Below, one piece after another: positions 1-11,329 of a stretch of DNA of 64,000 nt. The notes under the pieces were generated by a model. That model saw only the letters and a list, made by a program, of their open reading frames with translations, was not told the origin of the DNA and made no database searches. The position numbers and the translations under genes are program-made. The stretch comes from Lama glama (Eukaryota): positions 42,844,001-42,908,000 of the forward strand of contig CM052818.1 in NCBI GenBank assembly GCA_028534125.1, given 5' to 3'. Every line of letters starts with the position of its first letter. The stretch's first letter is position 1.

Positions 1-553
1 ATTTGCATCGCTAACCTGCTTCCTGGGGGCTTCGGATACAGGAGAGTACCCTAAGAGTATGGACCCTTTTCTGCCTCCTTATTCAAAGCTACCTACTCCG
101 TTGGATGCATGCAACTTAACCTGAGCTTAAATTGGGTCGAAAGGCAGTTTGAGGCAAGTTTGTGACTGGCCTTGTTTTCCAGGGCAGATAACTGATGCTT
201 TACTCCGTAGCAGTGGGTAGCTAAGCACGATCTTTGAGCAAAGTAGACCGCTAGACTTGGTGTTAAGAAAAATAACCCTGGTAGCAGTGGGGAGGAGAGG
301 CAGCAGTGAGAAGACCGATCCAGTAATCCAGAACTGGTTCTCAGTGACTATTTCTCATCTTTTTATGTTGCTGCAAAATCATCTGATTGATAGGAAAGAA
401 AATGTATGAATTCCTCTCCACCCTACTCCCCACCGCGCCTGCCCTGCAGGAAAAGAGGCTTGGAGTGGGCGCCTTTCTTTCTCTGCGTGTTTGCCCCTCT
501 GCGCTGGCGGGAAATAGCTAGTCTGATTAGCGTTAACGATGCCCTGGTTAGTC

Positions 554-719
554 CGGGAGGCCTCCACTTTGGGCGTGCATTGGCATCACCTGGACGGCGT
601 GTGAAGCCGACTGCTGGCCCCGCCCCCGAGACTCCTGATTGGTTGGTCTGGGCCCAATAAGTTTGTGCTGCTAACAAGCTCCCGGTGATGCTGGTGCGGC
701 ACCCGACCGAGAGCCGCTG
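554..719. mobile_element. MER5A-like hAT-Charlie MITE forming the promoter core
   Basis: Colinear with the remembered MER5A consensus: actttgggcgtgcattggcatcacctgg ... gactgctggccccgcccccgagactcctgatt ... ggtctgg ... ctaacaagctcccggtgatgctggtgc ... gagagccgctg, with degenerate TIRs at both ends. Confidence 0.8.
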
Positions 720-762
720 CCTTTGGTCCAAGCTTCTCTTTCCCTGGAGGCCTCAGGAAACA
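660..762 (+). other. Putative non-coding first exon (start approximate)
   Basis: Lies just downstream of the CCAAT/GC boxes and ends at ACA|GTAAGT (GT at 763-764). No convincing coding start. Confidence 0.55.
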
Positions 763-1431
763 GTAAGTTTTTTCCCCCCTACTTTGAGTTTTAAATAAAA
801 CAACTTCCCGCAGCAGGAAAGGAGGGGGTCAGGGGTTGGGAGTGCCGCTGGGAGAGTGGGCTCCACTCAGGGCTGGGGGCCTCTGCGGGCGCTGGGGGCA
901 GAGGCTCGGCTCCGAGGCCAGATCCCGGGCCTGGAGACAGGGGTCTCTCGAGCTTTGGCCTGTGGTTGAAGGACAGGGGAGCACTGCATGCCCAGGGTGT
1001 CCGTTCTTCGGTCCTGGGGCGCAAGAACGGATCCACAGGGAGGCCCAGAGTGTCTGGGGGAGAGGGTGGCTCTTCAGGGCTTGGGCCAGGACAAGAAGAG
1101 GGGCGCCGAGACCGCCCTGTTGGCCTAACCGTGGCCTCCGAGCTCTGCGTCCAAGCGCTGAGCCAGTGTTTTCCAGGTGGCCGACTCGGTGGGGTTTAAT
1201 TTGTTTTCTTTTTCAACGAATTAAATGCACCTGTGCTGGTCGTATTCTCATTTTGGGGAGGCCTCCTACTCCAAGCTCTTCAGCCCAGGACTACTTGCGT
1301 AAGTCAGGGCGGGCCTGTGAGTGGGTCTGGCCGCTCCAAGTAGGTGCAAGCAGACGAGGGTGCTCCATGGGGGCCCAGGCCCAAAGGCAACCTCCAGTCT
1401 GAGTCTGCCGTTCGCTGCTTCTCTTCACCAG

Positions 1432-1559
1432 GTTTCAGACAGGAAGACAGCCAGAGGGGCAGGCAGGAGGACTTGGGCATCAAACCTCTCCTCCTACTCT
1501 GTGCCGTTTAGAAAGAAAGTCACCTTCTGGAGAATCTGCGTCCTTGCTCAAATGAACTG
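1432..1559 (+). other. Candidate internal non-coding exon
   Basis: Acceptor ttcgctgcttctcttcaccAG (1430-1431) and donor CTG|GTAATG (1560); 128 nt. Splice signals only. Confidence 0.3.
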
Positions 1560-3584
1560 GTAATGCCAGGCTTCGGCCTAGAAGGCTGTAGTAGGTTATA
1601 CGTGGAATTGCAGTGACCGGCTGACATTCTATGACTGGGACTTTAAGCAGCTAAATTGTACACCAAGAACATTCATGGGTGATGTTTTGGCCTTTAGATG
1701 GTTAACACGAGGGCTTTGATAGAAAAGTCTAGAGCGCCTTTCCTAGATTCTGTCTTAGTTTTGTTTTGAATTTCATCCCGGAAAACAGGGAGCTGTGGAC
1801 ACTTGGATTCATTTAGCTTCCGGAGGCTATGGAATCCTATCCATGTGGCCTTAAGTTGGTTCTAGACTGTTCCCTTTAAAAGCCCAGAATGTGGGTTTCA
1901 GAGACCCATCCTGAGGTCGATGGCAGAGAAATGTTGCATTTTCAGTCAATGAACAAATAAAAAGGAATACGATTTCCTCCTCTGTCAGCAACATGGCATC
2001 TTGGTGGGTTGAGACAGAAATTCTATTAAATGGAAACAGCATAAAAACATCCTAAGTCTGGAACAGACTGTTTTCAGGGATTGAGTTTGGTCAGTTAAGT
2101 TAGAGCAGAAGTTGTTTTTTTTAAAAACATGTTTTTGTTGTCAAGTCAGAAAAGAGCAGGGGAAAAGTTAACGAAAAACTGAAGGAGGACTTGCCAATTG
2201 AAATGGAACAGAAAAGGGATTTTCCTTGCCAAAAGACTGAGAACTCAAAATCTGAGAACACGGATTCAATGTGCACCACATTTAATTGCGTTTAAAGGAA
2301 GAACTAAAATGGGATGATTTAGTGATTACTTGATCAGAGACTGGATTTCTCCCCTAAATTTTAGCAGCATTAAGCAGTCCATTCTTAGAGTGAGCCAGGA
2401 TGTTCCCAAAGACTGGGGCATTACTGAGAGACCTCTTAGCACCAGACGGGGATGGGGGCTTAGGGAGGTGGGGCTGGTCAATCATAAGAGCAGATGGGAG
2501 CCCCCTTGTGACCCAGGGCAGGTGTGTGCAGTGGCTACAGGGGACTTGCTCAGATTGCTAAGGGAATGTCAGTGTAATGTATTGACTTCGTTTTTAAGAT
2601 GACACAGCTGCTGGTGAGAACAGGTGTGTTGTGCACGATGAGGGGAACACGGCTAGGACATTTATGGAGGAGAGAGATTTAGGACAGCTAACATCCTAAA
2701 TTTTAGCTGGAAAGGTCACCACGATTGAAATGAGTTCTTCTCATCGGTGGGGTGCATTTATTCTTCAGCCAACTTGAAACTGACTAAATTCATCTCAGGC
2801 TGGGGATAAAACAAAACAGAATCTGAAGGTGTGTGTGTGCTTAGCCCACAGTAAAAGGAAGGAAAGTCCAGTAGGCAGAGTCAGCCCCACATTTGGTTGA
2901 GAAGAAAGAGAAGCAAGTTCGAAAGTAAGTTAAAAAATTTTTTAAACTTCATTTGGCCTGCTGAGAAGGACAAGAAAGAGAGAGGAACCGGAGCTTTCAG
3001 AGACTCACCCCTCTGTGATAGGAAAATGAATAAAGAAAGAAATTTTGCTGCTAGGAACACAGAGTAGGTGAGTCAAGGCTTGGGAAATTTAAAGGTTGAG
3101 GGGTGGGAAGGTTTGCAGGGAAAGCACATGGTCTGGGGCATATTGATTCTAACTGGCCCCCAGAGGTCCACAGGCTTTTGCAAGTTCATGAATTTGCTGA
3201 AGGTAATTTTAAACTGAGACAAATGTAGAAAATTGGAAGACTTCCCTTAAAAGATAAGCTTCCCAAGCTTGTGTAACTCAAGAATAAGTGGTAGAAGCAG
3301 TCAGCACTCAGACACAGCTGTGAAATACGCCTCGGCATCTTGCTGGGGCTGGGTGACATCGCAGAGAGAGCAAGGCACTGAGGGCGGCCTGCTGAGCTGT
3401 CTGCTACAACCACCTCACACGTGCGGGACCCCCGTAAGAGCTGATGTCGCTAGTGCGGTGAACACTGTGGTTCAGTGTAGCGTTCTGGAACATACAGTTC
3501 AGAACCAAGATGGCACTTGGCGGGGCTGGGTCCTAAGAAGGAGTGTCTGAGTCTAACTAACTGTCTCAATTTTTTAAAATGTTA

Positions 3585-3724
3585 GGTTAGGTATAGCTCA
3601 GTGGTAGAGTGCATGCTTAGCATGCAGGAGGTTCTGGGTTCGATCCCCAGTACCTCCGTTAAAAATAAGTGAATAACCTCTTACCACCCTCCCCCAAAAT
3701 TAAATGAATGAAAAAAAAAAAAAA
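3585..3724 (+). mobile_element. Camelid tRNA-derived SINE (vic-1 type)
   Basis: tRNA-like head GGTATAGCTCAGTGGTAGAG...GGTTCGATCCCCAGTACCTCC with A/B boxes, A-rich tail, approximate TSD aaaa(t)gttag. Confidence 0.9.
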
Positions 3725-3729
3725 GTTAG

Positions 3730-4440
3730 ATCAGTCCCAAATGCCACTCCTAGAGGAAAGAGTTTGTATGGGTTCCCCGTCTCCCCCCACCCTCCTCCCA
3801 AGAACCCAGAAGGTCACAGTGAGCCCCTCCATGGGGGATCCCTTCATGCTGATGCTAGATGGGTCCCCCGGGACCGGGAGACCAGCATCCCGGCGGAAGT
3901 GAAACCCAGAGCGTCTCCTCGCTTTTCTCAGCCCGCTCAGGCCTCTGTTACACGTGTGGGTGGAGACAGAGCTGTGAGCCTGGGTGACTCTCCGAGTCGT
4001 GTTCAGTCGTTCCTTCCGATGTCAGAGAAGACTCTGCTCTCTTCCCCATGAGTGGGGTCCTGTAGTGAGCAATTTCAGATTTTCTTTCGAGCAGTTTTCT
4101 TGGGTTTCTACTAATCTGGTTACTGGGAGTTGTGCCCCCTCCCACTTCGCTTGCCTTGTGGATGTGTAATTCCTTTCTGCTTCTTGTCTCAGTGTGATAA
4201 AACTAGACCCACCCACTGTCCCAGTGCGACTTTGTTTTGCTTGTGACCAGATGGGTAAATCTAATACAGGCTGCCTGCAAGTCCCGTTAGCGTAAGGGGG
4301 CATGGAAGGAGGGAGCCTCACTTGTCCTCAGGCCCAAGTACTATGCCCCAAGTCAACTTTATTAAGAAACCCCTCATTGGTGGTTCTTACACGATTGCTA
4401 GGATTAATAAAGCTGTTCTATTGATCCTCGTCGACTGTCA
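3730..4440 (+). mobile_element. Possible old LTR-like sequence (unclassified)
   Basis: Ends with AATAAA (~4406) followed ~30 nt later by ...ACTGTCA, resembling an LTR R/U5 end. Family not recognised. Confidence 0.2.
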
Positions 4441-5579
4441 GCTCGAAATCACATTCAAAGGTTAAGCCCAGTGGGATGGTGGGGGACATCCTCTAGCCTC
4501 CAAACCACAGCACATTGAGGCGGGAAGTAGAGATTCTTAAAAGAAGAAGCATAAAGATGATGTTAAAACACCTCTCTCTTCCTCCCAAAGCTGCGACCTA
4601 AATTAATACCCATAGCTTTGTAAACACAAACGCGTTTTTTCCGGAGTCTTAACCCACAAGGCTGTGATCTTCATCATTATCATCTTCGTTAGAAGCAGAT
4701 GGCAGCGAAGTGTTGCCTACACGTTTAGATAACGTTTAAATAATTCTGGAAAAACAGCCAGGCAGCCTAATCCATTCTTGGAGGAGCTACAGTGGGAGGT
4801 GGAGTGGGGAAGGGGTTTATATAGTAAATGATGGCTCTACGAAATGCATTTATGGTCTAAGAAGATGAAAAGGTTCTGAAACTGAAAAAAAAATGACTTT
4901 TATACTAAAACCTTATCAATATCATTGGGATACATTTTTGAACTAGAACATTTTTATTTGCTTTTTTCCTGTTATAAGCATGTTTGGTTGCTTGTAGATT
5001 GGGAAAATACAGAAAGGCAAACTCACACACAAATGTGTCCCATTTCTGCCCAAGAAAAACTGCTATTGAGGATTGGGGTGAGGGTGTTTTTACTGTACAC
5101 AGCCCAGCCCTCCCACTCAGGGACTGTCCTTGAACTTCTGCGTGGGCATTCTGGGCCTCTGAGACCAGCTCCCAGGACTTTCCTGCTTTGGAGTCTTTCC
5201 CTGATTCACGCTGCCAAGCTTTGTGTTCCACTTCCCCTCCTGTGAGAAAGCAAATCTCATTATTCCAGAACATTTGGTACACTTTTGTTGCATCTCTGGG
5301 GCCCGGGAACCTTGAAGGCAGGGAGCCCTTCTGTGCGCTGAAGGCAGACACTAAGAAGGGGCCTCAGCCCTGGTGAGCTGCAGAGTATCTGTGATTTTCT
5401 GAATGCAGCATATTTTCCAACTTGTGTTTCCTCCGATAACATGAAACATGCTGAACGCTCTAGGAGTCATTTATTTTTGTTGTTAGAGGCAAAACGATGA
5501 ATAGAAATAGCCTATGCTTAAATTCCCTTTTCTAGACAAAGCTCAGAATCAGAATAAACTGAGCTCCCCATTATTGTCA

Positions 5580-5733
5580 TTTTTTAAAAAAATTTTCTTG
5601 GTTTCTGTGTTTTGTTTGTGGGGAGAAGGTAATTAGGTTTATTTATTTATTCTTGGAGGAGGTACTGAGGATTGAACCCAGGACCTCGTGCATGTTAACC
5701 CATGTGCTCTACCACTTGAGATATACCTTCCCT
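5580..5733 (-). mobile_element. Camelid tRNA-derived SINE (vic-1 type)
   Basis: Reverse complement of the SINE head (GGAGGTACTGAGGATTGAACCCAGG...CTCTACCACTTGAGATATACC) preceded by a T-rich tail. Confidence 0.9.
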
Positions 5734-6589
5734 CCTTCATTTTTCATTTTCATTATTATATATTAAAAAAAGAACAACATTTTTTAGCATATTTTTAGGG
5801 CAAAAATACCAAAAAAAATTAGCTGCTACAACTCAATTTAAAAATGATATTCCTGAGAAAACATTCTAAAATGAATATGTTTTTTAAAACTTCTCATCAA
5901 ATAGCCATTTTTTTCCCAGTTTGCTGCTTTACAAGTTATTCAGGTGTTTCAATCTCTTCCTTTTAAATGGTTTAAAAAATCCTTTATAATCAGCTGCAGT
6001 TATTACTGGTATAAAGTAATATTTTCCTGGACAGCTATAAATATTTTATTTTTGTATAGTGATTATTTTCAAGGGTTTTTATTTGATCTCTTCAGGAGTC
6101 TCGTGTAGACGAATCAGAGTGTTCTTCTAGTTAGTGGGGAGGAAACCGATTCGCAGACTGTTTTTATAACCTTGTTTCCCTCTCTTGTGGAACATCTCTG
6201 ACTTGTTATAAAACACACCAGCCCTGGACTAACCGGTGGGCGGTTATTGAGGTGAATGACAGGCCCGAGACCAGGACCAGGCATCCAATATCCAGGCCCA
6301 TTGCTCTTGGAACCCAGAGCACTTTCTATCCAACAGGAGTAAAATTGTTTCTATTTAGATGCTGACGAAACGTAAGAGCCCCTTGACTGGAGAGTGTTTG
6401 CTGTAAAGAAAATTCTCTCTCAGGTTTGAAAAGCTTGAAGCTGCAGTTCTTGCCCCTCACAACCATGGCCAAACCCGTCCATTCCTCCGCAGAGAACATC
6501 CTGAGAGGATGGGGGGAGAAAAACGGACACCACGCTGTCTTCCCAGTTCTGGAGGGTCCTCTGGCATGTAACTTCCTAGCACTTGTTGT

Positions 6590-6710
6590 TAACGAATTCA
6601 GCCAATATTTATAAAGCACTTGCTCTGTGTCAGAGGCTATTTGAGTGCAGGAAATAAAGCAGTGAATAAACGAGACAAATAGCCCTTCCTCCTGGAGCTC
6701 GCATGTTTAC
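6590..6710 (-). mobile_element. L2 3' end fragment
   Basis: aatatttataaagcacttgctctgtgtcag...gcagtgaataaacgagac...cctcctggagctc matches the L2 tail. Confidence 0.6.
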
Positions 6711-6814
6711 AGTGGTCTTCGTTTTATTTTTTGTCAGTATTCCTGTTAAAGCTTGCTTTTAACACCTCTTATCTGAATGCTATCACTGTGACTGATAATT
6801 TTGGTGGTCGCACA

Positions 6815-6990
6815 ATCATTTACTGGAAGGCTTACAACCTGCCAGGCACCATGCTCCTTAAGTCAGGCATTATCCCATTTAATGCTCATCACCCCCCAGG
6901 TCCCGGGCTAGCATTGTAATTTTCAGTCTCTATAATTAGTACTTAGTAGAGCCAGGATTTTAACATAGGTCTGTCTGACTCTGAAAGTGT
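6815..6990 (-). mobile_element. MIR SINE
   Basis: tgccaggcacc...catttaatgctca...gagccaggatttaac...tctgtctgactc, MIR antisense pattern. Confidence 0.65.
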
Positions 6991-8315
6991 CACCACGATC
7001 CACGCTGGCTTATCTTAAGGATTGTCTCAGATTGCAGGTCCAAGCAACTGGTTCAAAGTGCAAATTGAAACTGCTTTTGTTTTGTATCAGATAAATTCAA
7101 AATAAATTAGCTTTCACATCAGAAGGAAAGATAAATGCGTCCTTTATGTCCGGTTGTGAGGCGGTAAATTAGAAATGTAAATTTCAGGGCAGGCAATGAT
7201 GTGTATTTCGTCACTTTTCCAGCTTATCATGTATGTCTCTTGTCACGTTGAAACTGTCCAGACGACCATTATCAGCAATTGTCTTTAGTTCTCTGCATTT
7301 GATCGAGTACCCGGTAGACCAGATTGCATAAGTTAAAATTATTGCCCATAGAATTTTAATTCTTTTTGAATTGACCTTGGATACAACTTAAGGAAGCATA
7401 TATTAAGCATTTATATACATTGTGGCAAGTCAGTTAGCAGGGACTGAAATATCAGGGTAAGGGATTTTGCAGCTGTTCCTCAACCCAGGTCTTTTGTCAT
7501 CCACAAAAGCCCTGACTCACATTAAAAAAAAAAAATCTTTGAAGTGTTTGCCTGTTATAATATCGGTTTCCTTCTCTTTCTCCTGGTCTTTCCTCTGCAA
7601 ATATGTACTACGGTTGCCAGATGTAACACTGACACCATTAGGAGTTGAAAACTGGGCCCAGCCCTCGTGATTCTGACCACGGATTCAGCATCGCTGTGGG
7701 TTCTAGGTAGTTAGAGACAGTTCAGTTCACCGCAGACGTATTCTCAAGCATAATGCAGGAAGGGGATTCATGAAGAAAATCAGGTGATATTAATGGATGC
7801 TGGTTACTGAGGGGTCAGCACATTATCTCATTTAACCCTCACGGCAGCCCCAGCTAAGGCATGACTGACGCTGAGGGAGGTTAACAGACGTGGCGTGTGG
7901 TTATGCTGCTTGTAGGTATCCGATCAAGGTTGGACTCCAGGTCAGTTTAACTCTTCTCCATGTCGTGAGGGTTCAGACGTGGGAGAGACTGAGGCAGACT
8001 GGAGAGACAGAGAGGAAGGCTTGATGGAGGCAATGCTCTCCACTTAAGTAAAACTTCCTACTAATGTTTCAGTCCACTTGCATCACTTGATCATTTCAGG
8101 TGTAACTGGACACTTTTGACATCTGCTTCCTTAATTACACTGAGATCAGCTAACTCATGTAAGCATTACTGTTGATAATTAGTTATCTAATCAAACAGTT
8201 GTCATGATCGACTTTTCGTTGTATTTCTTATCACCACTTAAATTTGTGCACATTTCATTATGGGCGTCTTCATATTTCTTGTCACAGCCACAGAATGCTG
8301 AGGTTTGATTTCAAA

Positions 8316-8486
8316 GTTTTATTAATTGTAGTTGATTTACAATGTTGTGTTAGTTTCCGGTGTATAGCATAGCAATTCAATTATACATATTTTCTTTTTC
8401 GTATTTTCATTATAGCTTATTATAAGATATTGAATGTAGTTCCTTGTGCTATACAGTAGGTCCTTGTTTATATATTTCATATATAA
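8316..8486 (-). mobile_element. LINE-1 3' UTR fragment (older copy)
   Basis: gtagttgatttacaatgttgtgttagtttc...gtgctatacagtaggtccttg, an artiodactyl-type L1 3' end. Confidence 0.85.
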
Positions 8487-9630
8487 TTTTTTTATTGCAG
8501 TACAGGCAGTTTACAATGCATCAGTTTCTGGTGTACAGCATAATAGTTCAGTCATACATATACATACATATATTCATTTTCATATTTTTTTCATTAGCGG
8601 TTACTACAAGGTACTGAATATATTTCCCTGTGCTATACAGTATAAACTTGTTTATCTGTTTTATATATAGTAGTTAGTATTTACAAATCTCAAACTCCCA
8701 ATTTATTCTTTCCAACCCCCTACCCCCATAACCATAAGTTTGTTTTCTATGTCTGTGAATCTGTTTTGGTAAATAAGTTCATCTTTTTTTAGACTCCACA
8801 TACAAGTGATATCATATGGTATTTTTCTTTCTGTTTCTGGCTTACTTCTCTTAGAATGACAGTTTCCAGGTCCATCCATGTTGCTGCAAATGGCATTGTT
8901 TTATTCTTTTTAATGGCTGAGTACTATTCCATTGTATATATAACACAACTTTTATCCAGTCATCTGTCGATGGACATTTAGGTTGTTTCCATGTCTTGGC
9001 TATTGTAAATAGTGCTGCTATGAACACCAGGGTGCAGGTATCTTTTTGAATTAAAGTTCCTTCTGGATATAAGCCCAGGAGTGGGATAGGTCTATTTTTA
9101 GTTTTTCAAGAAATCTCCATACTGTTTTCCATAATGGCTGCACCAAACTACATTCCCACCAACAGTGAAGGAGGGTTCCCTTTTCTCCACACCATCTCCA
9201 GCATTTATCATTTGTTGACTTTTGAATGATGGCCATTCTAACTGGTGTGAGGTGATACTTCATTGTAGTTTTGATTTGCATTTCTCTGATATTTAGCAAT
9301 ATTGAGCATTTTTTCATGTGCCTATTGGCTATTTGTATTTCTTCACTGGAGAATTGCTTGTTTAGGTTTTCTGCCCATTTTTGGATTGGGTTGTTTGGGT
9401 TTTTTTTATTATTAAGTTGTATGAGCTGTTTATATATTCTGGAAATTAAACCCTTGTCAGTCTCATCTTTTGCAAATATTTTATCCCAGTCCATAGGTTG
9501 TCTTTTTGTTTTGCTTTTGATTTCCTTTGCTGTGTAAAAGCTTCAAAGGCTAATTAGGTCCCATTTGTTTATTTTTGCTTTTATGACTACTGCCTGTGTA
9601 GACTGCCCTAGGAAAACGTTACTAAGATTT
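8487..9630 (-). mobile_element. 5'-truncated LINE-1 with ORF2 C-terminus and 3' UTR
   Basis: ORF 9051-9494(-) reads [56 protein letters not shown], the L1 ORF2p cysteine-rich C-terminal domain. Poly-T at 8487. Confidence 0.95.
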
Positions 9631-10582
9631 CTGTACTTTGTATCTGCTTCTTGTATTTTATCTTTTTGCTTCTTGTATTTTATCTCAGATTGTAGGATGG
9701 CACCAAAAAGAAATCACAGAGGGTAAAATTTCTTGCTATTCTTAATCAGAAAAAAAATAGACTGCAACAAAAGGTACAGGTTTTTGGAAAAAGTCACTAG
9801 GTACTTTGACCTTTATCATGAAAAGTTTTATTATGAATTCAATTAGAAACAATGAGTTATTTGGCATTACAGTGAACCCCCTCCTACTCCCAGAGCTACA
9901 GCTAATCTTTACTGCTCTGTTACATGAATCAGAAAGAAGCGCCCCCTCTACATTGGTACATTGTGAGGCAAGGGCAAGGTGAGAAGGAGCAGGCATCCCT
10001 TCCTCAGGCAGATGCAGCCCTGAGCTGGCACACAAACTTGGCAGGTGGACAGCAGGGTGGATGGCAGCCCCTACTTGCCAACAGATCAGGAAACTGAAGC
10101 CCATGAATATCAGGAGCATACACATACATGCTCGCACCTGTCACTCTAGAGGAAATAACTGGGAGAAGGCTGAGTATTTTACACTCAGTTCACACAGTTG
10201 TGCAATTACCTGCGAGGTAGGTAATGAGGAAACTGACTCAGACAAGTGAGGAGCACGCAGCTCTCGAGTGTGGGAGCTGGGATTCAGGCTGAGGTCTGAT
10301 GAATTCTAAAGTCTGGCTCATTGTTGATGGTAAGCTAACACCTTATCTCTGTTGTGCAAAAAGTTTCAAATTTGTTGGGTGGCAGGCAGCATTCATGGAA
10401 AAAAAGCAGCAAAGAAAATCCTCTGTTCCTTGTGCCCATCTCTTTGCGGTTGTTCAGTCTCTTCCTTTTCCTGGGAGTTTCCTTTTCTACTTCTCTGCGT
10501 GTATTCAAATCCAACTGTTCTAGATGTTGATCTATGCTGCTCCCTCCATAAAGCTTTTCTTGATTCACTTTGTTTCTTAAAT

Positions 10583-10780
10583 TTTTAAAAAATTTTATTG
10601 AAGAGTAGTTGATTTACAGTGTTAGTTTCAGGTGCACAGCAAAGTGATTCAGTTATACATACACATACATATTTTTTTCTTTTCAGATTCTTTTCTATTA
10701 TGTTACTATGAGAAACTGAATCTAGTTCCCTCTGCAATACAGTAGTAGGTCCTTGTTGTTTATCTGTTTTATACACAGTG
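10583..10780 (-). mobile_element. LINE-1 3' end fragment
   Basis: ttttattgaagagtagttgatttacagtgttagtttcaggtg...agtaggtccttgttgtttatc. Confidence 0.85.
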
Positions 10781-10879
10781 ATATGCATCTGTTTCTTGAT
10801 TCACTCTGATAGGGAAATAATCTCCCTCCTACAAATCACTAAAGCACATTCTTTGACCACTCTAAGGGATCTGAACTTG

Positions 10880-11055
10880 CTCGACCTTTCATTATGGCTA
10901 TATGTGTATATATGCCTTTCCCCACTTCCCATTATTGGCTATAAATTCTTGAATGGTGGTCTTATATATAATTTTTCTTTTATCATCACTGCCTGGCATA
11001 GGAGCTCAAATTTTTGACTAAATTAATAATTGACTGACTAATTGAATGAAGAAGG
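10880..11055 (+). mobile_element. L2 3' end fragment
   Basis: tgcctggcataggagctcaaattt followed by a degenerate (tgaa/tgac)n tail. Confidence 0.55.
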
Positions 11056-11194
11056 AGTTAGCCAACACTAATCAATGTTTATTTTCAATAAAATAGTATT
11101 CGGATTCCCCATACCACTGGAAATTATGGCAAAATTTGGATTAAAAAAGAACTTTAAGTATCTTTAAATATCTTTAAGGAGCTGATATTGCCAG

Positions 11195-11308
11195 TGTTGT
11201 GGGTTGAATTATACCCCCTCCTCAATTTAGATGTCGAAGTCCCAGCCCCCAATACCTCAGCCTGTGACTATATTCGGAAATAGGATCATGGCAGATGCAA
11301 TGAGTTGT
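11195..11308 (+). mobile_element. MLT1 (MaLR LTR) 5' fragment
   Basis: tgttgtgggttgaatt...gaagtccc..cccccaatacctcag..tgtgac..tattcggaaatagg, an MLT1B/C-like start. Confidence 0.75.
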
Positions 11309-11329
11309 TAAAAGGCTGGAGAGAAACAG

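Larger units (their letters stand above)
420..1450 (+). promoter_or_regulatory. CpG-island-like promoter / 5' end of an unidentified + strand transcript
   Basis: High GC and CpG density versus the rest of the window. E2F-type TGGCGGGAAA at 505-514, GC box GGCCCCGCCCCC at ~615-626, inverted CCAAT CTGATTGG at ~635-642, CCAAT at ~655-659, then a consensus donor at 763. Confidence 0.75.

Noticed and set aside
1..8. Octamer ATTTGCAT
   Set aside because: Single motif at the window edge with no snRNA or histone gene context visible.
836..1402. 188 aa ORF in the CpG island
   Set aside because: Non-ATG start, low-complexity G/R/P/W composition typical of GC-rich DNA, no recognisable domain, and it lies just past a splice donor.
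3590..3660. tRNA gene (also ~5660-5730 and ~41030-41100)
   Set aside because: The tRNA-like heads are followed by SINE body, poly-A and TSD, so they are SINEs rather than tRNA genes.
7194..7300. Box C/D snoRNA (ATGATGT)
   Set aside because: Imperfect C box, and no CTGA D box with a terminal stem at a suitable distance.
9051..9494. 147 aa ORF as a host gene
   Set aside because: It is the LINE-1 ORF2p C-terminal remnant of a truncated insertion.
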